Shown here piece after piece: positions 23,640 through 34,552 of a stretch of 64,000 nt of DNA. This DNA is from Zancudomyces culisetae HAW-14-8. Lineage: Eukaryota; Fungi; Kickxellomycota. Made by a program: the position numbers and the translations under genes. The notes below the pieces were generated by a model. It ran no database searches. It was not told the origin of the DNA and saw only the letters and a program-made list of their open reading frames with translations. Each line of letters begins with the position of its first letter. Positions within the stretch are counted from its first letter, which is position 1. The stretch is from positions 1 to 64,000 of the forward strand of contig JBNJNM010000020.1 in NCBI GenBank assembly GCA_052426225.1. The letters run 5' to 3'.

Positions 23640-26600
23640 ATGGATAACACAAAACAACCAACACAATGTTTTCAACAAACTTCCAGCAAGTATTCTGTCC
23701 ACCGTATTTGTGCTTGCCCAAAACCCCCAGTTATCACTCTTGAACAAAAATATGTACAAAGCCCTCTCAAAAAGTAGAAACCGTTAGCGATTACATTGTT
23801 CAATATGTCTCATCGGATACAGGAGATAGTTCCCAGTGGAACCTGAGAGGCATATTCGATAAATACAAAAGAATAAGTATGAACGAAACCATCGGAATGC
23901 TGGTATTGAGAAAAATCAAGAGTTTGGGACTATGAAACCGCTCTAGATATAGCATTTGAATACAGGTGGAGAACATGCTAGATATAATTATCAAGATGTA
24001 TGTAGTGATTGATAGAAATACTTCTACGGTCGTGCACAAGGGCACTTTATTCATGGACAAAGATGAGTACTTAGATATTGATATTGGAAAATTGTTTTCA
24101 GAGGATAACGAATCGCAAATAAAGAAAATAGACATTAAAAACTTCCAATTCTCTTTATATCCGACCATTATTCAAGATGGGGTGGAGGTCTCAGAGAAGT
24201 TAATATGGGCAATGTACACTATCTCTGGGGAAAGAGATATAGAAATGCTAATAGATATTTGCAACACCAAACTTGAGTTTCCTCCAGAAATATGTGGTTC
24301 TGTTGGTAGAGAGGTTAGATGTATTGATGACAAATTTTTAGTAAGTTGTATATTGATAGCCGCATGTGAAAGCTGTAAATTGAACAATCTTGATTTCTTA
24401 ACAAGAATTTTGGATCTAGAAACAGGCAAAAATCTTCCTTTCAGGAGCTAAACTCGAGTGTGAAAGCCAAGGGCTCGGGCTATTGATGATTCATTTAAAG
24501 ACTTTTGTTTATACATATGGGTTATGGGGTAAAAACAAATTTATTGATTTACACTATATGTGCATATTATTCAATTGAATGGGATAGGAAAGAGTTTGTA
24601 TCATATATCGAAGATAACTACTCTGGTAGTAAACACGCACAGATAATTTTTGATTTAGCCGTATTTCACAGAAGAGAGAGTTTGCTCAAAAAATATATTT
24701 TCAAAGTGCAAACAAGTTCAGAGAATATAAAAAAAATAACAGAAATGGCGTGTAGATTTGGTAGTGTCGATCTCATAAGATTTCTTATAAACAACAGTGA
24801 TAGACTGGAGGAAGATTTAGACGAAAACGCTCTGAAAATAGCTATAAAAAAAAATAACCACGAACTAATACAGGAAATTATCAGCAAATATCCAAATACT
24901 ATGAGTTTCTCCTGTTTAGAGGACGCAGTGAATACCAGAGATGTCAAAATTTTAAAACTACTTATCGAAGCTGGAGCTGATTTAAAATCACCTGCGTTTA
25001 AGGGAATACTAATTGCAAGCGAAAATAAAGATACGGATATGCTACGATTTTTACTGGAGCATGGTGCTTCCATTGACCTCAGAACCACACAAGGGGTTCA
25101 AGAGTTATGTAGAATAAAGAGTCGTGATATGATAGATTGTCTATTAGCAGTCTTAAATGAAGGTAGGATCGAACTCAACGAATCAGAAACACAAGGCAAT
25201 GTTGGAATCAATCTGAAATTTAACAAAACAATACTATTTCTGATTGGAGCAGGTCAAGATTATAACCAAGATCATTCTGGTCGCCATGTTGAAGTTGAAG
25301 ATGTTTTTGGACATCTGGATTTACACGAGAAGTTAATGGTGATTATGAACTCCAGGAGAACAGATATGCCAAATGTGAGTTCAATATACTTAGCAAACCT
25401 TGCTGCCCATTCTCATGACAAGAACATTACATCAATTTGTAATGGTAGATTGTTAGAAATTATTTGTTATATTGCTCAAAACAAACTGCAGAATACATTG
25501 ATGGATTTCAAATACGATGGAGCTATCAATGTAAAGCACATACAGCAAAACATAATGTTGAATGATAGACATTATGAGTTGGCAAAATCAGAACTGGTCA
25601 ATCGAAACTTTGAAATCTTAAAACTATTGATAGAGTATGGAGTTGATATTAATTCATACGATAGTTTGATCTTAAGGACAGCGTACAAAGCAGGTGATAT
25701 TAGTTGGATTGATTATTTTATCAGTAAAGGTGCAAAACTAAACGGAGAATCAGATGGGTTTGAGGAGGCGTGTAAATCGGATAAAGTTGAAGTGTTGGAA
25801 CATTGGATCAAGAATGGTGGTGTGGTGCCCAATAACCCAAAATATGAGTGTATTAACGTTGCGTGTATACTGGGTAACTTTGATATGATTAAATTGTTGG
25901 TAGAAAATGGAGTTGATTTAAGTGATCCAAAACGGAATGGAGTCAGAATTGCATGTAGATTGGGTCTCAAGAGAACACTGAAATACCTCTTGGAACACAA
26001 TGCTGTGATAAAGGGTGTTCGTCATCACCAATTGGAATATGCATGCATGACTGAAAATATTGAGTCGGTAAAAATGATACTTGATCACCATGATGGTTTA
26101 GGAGTGTTAGAAAGAAATGATAACATATATACAAAGGAAGGAGAGGAATCACAAGATATTTCTTATCTTGATAGTGAAAATACTGATAGATCTGAAGAAT
26201 ACGAAATTACTAAAATCTTACTTGAAAATGGTGAACCTATCCAGAATAGTGATTTGTTGGATGCAGTAATGGCGGCGGCTAGAATTAATAATATTAAAAT
26301 ACTGAAAATACTTTTAATCTATAAGATTGATCTCAACGGTGATTCTAAAATAATGGACGATGCTGTACTAATGGGAAATGTTGAGGCAGTGAAGTTTTTA
26401 TTGGAGAATGGGGTAACCATTAACGACAAGCCTCATCTTGTAGAAATAGCATTCCGATCAAAAAACCAAGAAATAATAAGTGTCTTAATGCAGCACTGCA
26501 CAAAATTTGAAGGGCATGATCATATTCGGATGAATTTTTTATTTCGTTTAATGCTAATGCGCTGAAGTTGCTTTTGGATTTTTTTCTTGAGATTGATGGT

Positions 26601-27050
26601 TATTAAATCTATTCTACACCGTTATCGGAAAATCCAAACTGGTAGATGTTAAATTATTTTTGAAAGATGCCATCAAGCTTTCACTTACTGTAACCTCCCT
26701 TGTGTACCCTGTACGTGCAGAAGCAATAATCTTGAGATTTTGAAATTGTTATTTTTGAAGAGAGAATAAATAAATGAAAACAAAAGTGAAGCAGTTTAGG
26801 TATGTTCAAATAGTTTACTAGAAATATAGAAACTTTTATTTAAAAAAGATCTGAAGTTGTTAATAAAAAAGGATATTAGACTTAAGGAGGCATGTAATCA
26901 TAACTAATTAGAAATGATCAAGTTTTGATAAAATATGGTTCTGTACAAATTTGCGTAGTGTGACGGTTTTAAAGTTGCGAGTGATCTAAATTATCACAAA
27001 CTAATAAGTATTTGTCAAAATGTGTGAGGTAGAAACTAGGGATTTGGAAA
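23640..27050 (+). pseudogene. F-box-like/ankyrin-repeat paralog 1 (5' indels, degenerate 3' tail)
   Basis: Colinear with the intact 43747-47166 gene. Fragments FNKLPASILSTVFVLAQNPQLSLLNK, 23966-24451 and 24505-26565 (ankyrin-like LKLLIEAGAD, VKFLLENGV). The tail after 26565 has stops and indels. Confidence 0.8.
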
Positions 27051-29151
27051 GTTGGAGAATATGATTTATTTCAACAAATATGTTTGTCTTTAAAAAATGT
27101 TAGTTTAAAGTAAAATAAAGATAGTAAACCCTTTTAATCAATTACTAGTAGATTTTAAGAGCAGGTTAAAGTTGAATATTTTTTTCTGGATTGTACACAA
27201 TGAGCAAAAGTTGGGAAAACGTACTTGATAAAAAACATTCCAAAAGTAACAAAAGCAGATGTGAAGCTTGGAAGGAATTTTTTTGTAGGGCGACTCCTTG
27301 GAGGGGAGTCAAAAAGAATGGTTACTCTCTCCGTTAAAAAGAGAGAAACCGAAGTACAGTTCTTGATTGAGCTGGTAACAGCACAATTTTTGGACGGAAT
27401 ATGTCGAACGAGGATGCAAATCTTAGATCGACTCAGAGTTGAAACAACCTACTTGAACTAACGCCCAGTGGGTATAGAGTCCCTAGAGGGACGGAGGGGA
27501 ATTGGTTAGGTAGATATTTTATAGAATTATTTTTTGTAGTTTTATGGGATATTTATTTACTAAATAAATCTAAGCAAAAAAATAACTATCCCCAAACATT
27601 GTAGTTATTCGTATATTGGTGATATTGTTATATGGAATATATATTCTAGCTTATTTTAGAAAAATAAAGTGAATACACAAGAACTACAGTGTATAATAGT
27701 AAAATATATTATAATATTAATATTGGATAGACCAGCTTCTAGTATTTTCGGAGTATTGATATTTTGAGTTCAAGGGATAGCAGGATGGTAACTCTTTAGT
27801 AGGCTAGTCTAATATAGTTCAGTCAAAAAGTTTAACAAAATACAATATAAATATTAAGAGGGGAAAAAAATATGGAATCTTAGTAGGTTCAAAAAATAAT
27901 AAGTGGTTTTGGAGTCTGTGACTAGAAACGAGGTATAAAAGCTATTGTGATATCGAAATAAAAATAAAGCATAAAATGTTTTTTTAAAACTTTTTGAAAT
28001 CATGGTAAACAAAATGTTAGATAGTCAGCTTATTATTCTCGGTTGAGTTGGATAGCAACTACTATGGTGAGCCAAACCTTGTTGGGTGCAACATAACTAA
28101 ATTGTACTATAAAAAATATATAGTTAAAACAAAATGTATGTATAAATTAACAAAGATCTAGTAAAGTCAAAAGTCAATTTGTTTTGACTTAGAATTATTC
28201 ATAATGGTAATTGGATGTTTGTAGGTTGACTCTAGATCAATACCAGATATATGTTTTTTGGGAGTATTTACCTTAAAGATCTGTGTTACGATACAGGAAC
28301 CAAATTGTCTATAAACAAAGTAAATGTCTCTAAGATAATAACAATTATAAAGGTGAAGAGAAAAGAAAAAAAGTTGTAAGAGCAAATAGATTTTTAGGGG
28401 CAAAACCTTCCTCAATATCTCGACCAAATTAGGTTTTGTTATTACAAAGGAAATGAACTCATCAGTATTTTTTGATATTTGTTTGTTAGACGTTTTGTAA
28501 TAAAAAAAACATATTGACTTTTACATCTACACTGTTTATTTAACTTTCAAGGGAACAGAATCACAATTTATTGATTAATTTAAAGTTGTAGTCAATTACT
28601 ATGATGATTTATCTTTTAACAAAAAGAAACATTTTACAATTATAGTATTGGTATATGAAATTAAGACCACTGTTTGAAAAATAAAGTCAATATCAAGTAC
28701 GCTTCTACTTTCCACTCCTTTTAACATTAGCAAAAAAATGAAACTGTCTTTGATGAATAATTTACTAATGCTAAATTTTCGCTAATTCGTAGCACTACAG
28801 AAAAACATAAACAACTATTCTACCTTTGTAACATCACATTTCAAAGTATATTAAGCGTCTTATTTTTCTACCAGATATAATAAATTTGCTCATTCAATGC
28901 ACAAAGAGTTTATTGAAATGTTTATAGATGTTGTTGATTTTCTTTGCTTTATGGATATATTATATAAATACCGAATAATTTACTGATGTTGAATTGACTT
29001 GATTTCTTTGCAAAGAATCATTAACCTTTGTATAGATGGTAATAAAGACCATTATATTGAACATTATACCATTCGAATTTGTTTGTGATACTTGGAAAAA
29101 CAAGTATAGAGTATATCTAGAATTGAAATAAAGACTTCACTGATACCGAAT

Positions 29152-29574
29152 ATGGCAACCTCTTCAAGTATAAAAAGACCATCGTCATCCACGATAAAGA
29201 GGCTAACAAACACTATTTCCATAATTATATTAGCCAGACCGAAATTAATACTACAAACAGACTTTTTACTTGAAATAATTATGGAGAGCTTTGTATTGAA
29301 TAACATTACCAAGTTCGAATATTTTGGTCTCTTTATTATTTTATCCATACAAATCAAAAACTTCTTTAGCGAGAAATGGAGTTATGAATTAGAGAAAGAA
29401 AAACTGGCCTTCGAGGAAAAAAAATTACAAGTGGAACAGGGTAATATGATTGATAAAATTCTTTTAGAATACGAATTAAAAAATTCTAAGGGAGCTCTGG
29501 ATATCGATAAACTGAGAAAGCGATATAAATCTAAACCAGAGCCAAAAAAATTATTATCCATAAACTCAGAATGA
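29152..29574 (+). CDS. Orphan small TM/coiled-coil protein, paralog A
   Basis: 140-aa ORF whose N-terminus aligns with the 33947 ORF (KRPSSSTIKRLTN / KRPSSTTIRKLTN). Hydrophobic FGLFIILSI is followed by an E/K-rich heptad-like tail. True start may be the internal Met (MESF, 29281). Confidence 0.55.
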   Translation: MATSSSIKRPSSSTIKRLTNTISIIILARPKLILQTDFLLEIIMESFVLNNITKFEYFGLFIILSIQIKNFFSEKWSYELEKEKLAFEEKKLQVEQGNMIDKILLEYELKNSKGALDIDKLRKRYKSKPEPKKLLSINSE

Positions 29575-29954
29575 CTTTGCTGTTTGTTATTTTTTAACAT
29601 TATTTTTTTTATCAAGTTACAGATTACCTTAGATTAACTTTTTCTAATATTCAAGAATACAAATGAATAAATATAAATTAGTATCAATCTACCACCTTCA
29701 TCATCCTCAAATTGAAAATTAGTTAATATTTATTTTTCATGAACAAAATGAACCAAAATAATCTATACCTTACAATATATCGAATTTTGAAATTCAATCG
29801 AAACTCCCGGTTTTATTCTTCCAGATTCTTAAAAATGAACATGTATGAGTAAAATTTAATGAACTGAATTTGGTACAGACAATAAACGATGAATTTTGAA
29901 TAATTGACGATTATCTTTTACTGGACCTAAAGTTAATATTAGGCCTAATTCTGA

Positions 29955-32889
29955 TTGAGTGGTTATTTGAGAGATACTCAAGTTTGCTTGGAGCAAGTAA
30001 GCACAGGGAAATATTTGAAAATTCGTAAAGTTGGGAATCAGTTCAAAAAATACTTTGGTAAGTACGGTGGAGGAAGCGAATTTCATGGCGACCACGGAGA
30101 AGATGCACAGTCCAACACCAATTTAAAGTCAATCGAAGAATAGGGAGCTAAGGGTAATACTGCAGTGGGAGCGCAACAAGTGAGATTTAGCACGATCCAG
30201 AATATTTTTTAAAAACAAGGCGCTCGGGATGAATGAAAGTCTTCCAATTCAAAGAAGGGGGCTTGAGGGGTTTTTTTAGTTAAGAGAAAAGAAACAACCT
30301 AGTGTAATTGAATATGGGAGAATAAGTAAAAAAATAGAATTTGAAATCAGTCTAAATGCTGAGGAGCTAACAATGGATATAATAGGTGTCGCTGTTGGTA
30401 GAGACGGTGGATGTGACAAAAACATAGTGGTGATAAGTGAAAATGGATCAATACTTAGGTGGGATCTTGGAGTTTATAGAATAACTATGAAGAATTTTAG
30501 GAGCCTAGGTGTTGAATCGATTGTACAGAAGAAGCAAGAGACAGTTAGTGGCGGTAGTAAAGGGAAGTAAAAAGACAAGGAATGGGAAAGTGCGGAAGAG
30601 AGAGTTTCAAGTACACAGTTAAAAAATAGTTTGGCCAAGAATAGAAAAAAGATGGGATACCAGAGGGTGGTGACACAGAAAAAAACAGCAAGGTATTTGT
30701 GTTCAATCTCGAGTGTATGTGTAGGTGTATTGAGACCCAATTTGTGTGGATTCGATGAATTACGGTTTTCAAGTGTGAGTTTGGTTCAAAGTATTATAGA
30801 ATCCTTCAGAACAGAAATGGGTGAGGCAGTGTTTAGCCAAATTAGTAGGTCTGGTGTTCCTGTCAAGTATGTTGATCCACAAATATTTCAAGAGGGAATA
30901 GTTGAAGCATGTGTTTTCAGTGACTATTCGGAATTTGTGGCAGCCATCTCACAGTCGCAAAAGATAGGGGTATACAACACTAGTGATAGCAGCAAAGTCA
31001 ATTCCAGTAATTTCGTATATCTGATTGATATGGTAGATACGCCAAACTATCCAACGCTCCGAAAATTTGCTGTAGATTTTCAAAGAGACCATGGGAGTTT
31101 GTTCCGTAAAGGATTGGTTCCTAGCTACAAAATCCTGAACAAAAAAGCAAAAGCCCCGTGTTTTGAGTACTTGGGGTTGACATCTGATGAAATGACGACA
31201 TTCCACACCTGCAATAATAAGAAAAGTCGATACCAAAGATAGTGTGGATTTAATTCGTCCCGATTTATCACGATTCAAAAATTAATCACAAACATGAACA
31301 CAATCACAAAAGTAATAAACTCAAATTGAACTCAAATACTACAGTAGAGGATTATGAAATTTCACCATATGAGAGTACCATTGATTCTTCATCAAGAAAA
31401 ATGCTTCACCGTTAGGGCAACCTGTCTCTGATGCGTGGTACTGGCTTTGTGCGTTATCTAAGTTGATATACCGCACCATTTTCAATATCATCAAGCCACT
31501 CATTCTCTACCAAAAAATCGAATCGTAACATAAAAAACAGCCCAAGTTTAAGTTCATCCAAGTCGTTTACAACATTATGAGGGGATGGGGTTTTTTAGAT
31601 TATGGTGATACTGATATTTATTTTCAAGCGACCAACAACAGCAATACTTTTGGCAAACTAGGCCATCTTGGACTTCCAAATGACTTTGAACTGTCTAGTA
31701 GCAAAGGAGGTTATTCATCTAGGAGCAAAAATTCTAAGGCTGGTGGCGCTCAAAATGGCAGTTTAGGTGGTAACAATGCGGTTGGCTACCGTTCTACTTT
31801 TCAATTTTCTTGGGAGTTTTGGACATTTGATTTGTTTGTTTTGTTTGGTAACACGTTGTATACAAAGCCTGAATATCAGAACATTGATTCTTCTGTAAAC
31901 AAACATTCACTGGCTTTGACTAGTGATAAATAAGTAATACTAATCTCAATACCAATAATGTTGGTAGTGTTAGTATTGACACCATTAGCGGTTGTAGCGA
32001 TAAAAATAGTAGTAAGAATATTGGCAATAATAATGACAACGTTTCGTTACCCTCGAATTTCTACTCCTTAAACTCTCCATTCTTTTCTTTATTTATCCCC
32101 AGCCACCTTCAAAAACTCAACATTTTATCAATGAACTTACCATTAAACCTTTCAATTGAGCTACCATCATACTACAAATACCAATCTAAAACCGACTTTT
32201 TGACTCAATATTCTCCTCCAGATATTGTCGTTTACTCCACCTCTGATATCTGTATAGACTTTAACCCTGCACCCTTATTCGACTTGCTTCCTCTCCAATT
32301 TCAACACCACAGCGCTTTCTCACCCCTTGTTGAACCAATAGCACGTGCTGACGATGTATCTTCTCATTCTTCCTTTGATCCACTTTCCGATCATCCGTCC
32401 GTCAATTCTATGGCTACGAATATGAATCCTGCAGCCTCGAATAATTTGGATGCTTTTTTGGGTGATGGTCCATTTAATAGATTTCATTTTGATACCAATA
32501 TTGGATTTATTATTATCAAGCCAATCAAGCTTGTTCAAAGTGGAACCCCTCGTAACTACTCTCGGTATCTCGATTCTATTTCCAACTTTAACAACATTGT
32601 GAATACAAGTGTGAATGCAACTGCAAACACACCTCTAAATACCAGCACTAGTGTAAATAACAGCAACCTTGTAAATACAGATATTCTAAAAATACCAGTG
32701 GTATCAATGGTAGAAACCTCACTTCCAATTTATATCGTGGGTATAATAGCGATGCCAGTCAGAAATCTACCACTCATGGACCCAAGAATCCCATTGATAC
32801 CATCAAAGAGTGTTAGTCTTACACATTCCTTTTTGTACACTGTTTTAGCTGTGGCTTCTGGGAATACCATCAAGTTGATATCTGTCTAA
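29955..32889 (+). pseudogene. Fragmented coding-like region, probably one decayed gene of unknown family
   Basis: Chain of same-strand ORFs (29955, 30373, 30631, 31577, 32131) with raised GC and protein-like composition, including a WD-like IVVISENGSILRWD and N/S-rich linkers, separated by stops and frameshifts. Confidence 0.4.
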
Positions 32890-33946
32890 CCTCATTGATC
32901 GCTTTCGTAAATATATTGTAGAAGTGATGCAATTATTAGATTGCTTTTTCTTTTTTAATTCCAACTTTTCTGTTTAGAATTTAGTTGGTTCTAGTATGCA
33001 AACTATTTTTTTTCTCTTTTTATTTTTTTTGGATTAGCGATTGATTGGGATTTATTTGGATCTATGCCTAACAGCACTATAATGTATCCAGTGGTTGTGA
33101 TGAAATATTTGCATTTGATTAGGAAATAATCAGAAGGTTGAATATGAACTATTAGGAGTTTCGGAGGTTTTGCATTGAACTAAAAAAATGATTCAAGAAT
33201 GCGAACAACAAACGGGATGCATAGTAGTGATAGTTACATTCATCCGTTATATTCATGGAGTCAGCTCTATGTCTTTAGTTATAATGAAATTCAACTCATA
33301 GCATTATTTGGTGTATTTGCTATTTAGTTCAACACCCATAATCACTTTGATTTTTACTGCTTAAATGTTTATATTTGAGAGAACAAGTCCACGGCATTAT
33401 ACTAAGTTAAAACTATATTCAATGACTTTTATTAATTTCTTTCAAAAAATGAAAAATGAATTGTAGTACTTGGCACATAGTACTAAATTACATCAACCTG
33501 AATAATGGTTTACCAAATGTAAGTCAGCTGGTTAAAAAATATTCAACTAATAAGTTTTATTTTCCATTCCTTTCAACACTAACGAAAAAAGTGAAACTTT
33601 CTTTGATGAGTAATTTACTAATACTAAACTCATACTGCATTCGTAACACTACAGTAAAATCGATGTAAATAACTATACTGCCTTTGGAGTATCACATTTC
33701 AAAAGCATATTTCATCTTTTTTTCTACCAGGTACAATACATTTCCTTATTCATTTCACAAAGAGTTTATTGAAATATTTATTGATATCAAGCTAATGCTT
33801 TATCCTTTTTTTAAAATCATTGAAGTTTGAGTATAAACAATAAAGTCCATTATATTTTGCATTATAAACTCCAAGTCTATTTATTATAATGAAAATCAAC
33901 TACAGAATATACCTACAACAGAAATAAAAACTTCACCAGTACTGAA

Positions 33947-34552
33947 ATGACAATCAGTTCAGATAAAAAAAGACCATCGTCAACCACGATAAGGAAGCTA
34001 ACAAACATCATCTTCTTTATATCTTTAAAGCCTGAATTAATACTTTTTTTAGATTTTATTTTTGAAAATATGACTGAATCGTTTTGGAATAGTTACGTAG
34101 GATTGGAAATACTTCCATGTATAACTTCATGTTGGTGTGTGATTCTTTATGCGTATTACGCACACAAGATACATAAAATTCAGGTGAATAATGAAAAAAC
34201 TCGAAAAGATAAAGAAGATGCCCGCAAGGATAGAGACCAGGAAATAAATGCAGAATACAGCAAGTTAAAGCACCAAATGGAAGAAAATGAAAAAGTAAGG
34301 AGGGCAGAGATTGAGAAGATTAAACACGAAAATGAAGAAAAAGAAAAAAAAAGGAGATTCATGATAGAACAGTTAAAGACCGAATATGAGAATAAGCGAA
34401 TAGAATACGAAAGATTTAATAAGTTAGTCTTTGAAAAGAGACTAAAAATAGAGGAAAATAGGATAAAAGCTAACTCGGAGATTTATAAACTTGATATCAA
34501 GTTAAAACAAGACGAATTAAGGTTAAAATATTCTATGGAGCCCAGCAACTGA
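33947..34552 (+). CDS. Orphan small TM/coiled-coil protein, paralog B
   Basis: 201-aa ORF. TM-like ILPCITSCWCVILYAYYA is followed by ~120 aa of E/K/R-rich coiled-coil. Shares ~600 bp of upstream homology with paralog A. Confidence 0.65.
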   Translation: MTISSDKKRPSSTTIRKLTNIIFFISLKPELILFLDFIFENMTESFWNSYVGLEILPCITSCWCVILYAYYAHKIHKIQVNNEKTRKDKEDARKDRDQEINAEYSKLKHQMEENEKVRRAEIEKIKHENEEKEKKRRFMIEQLKTEYENKRIEYERFNKLVFEKRLKIEENRIKANSEIYKLDIKLKQDELRLKYSMEPSN

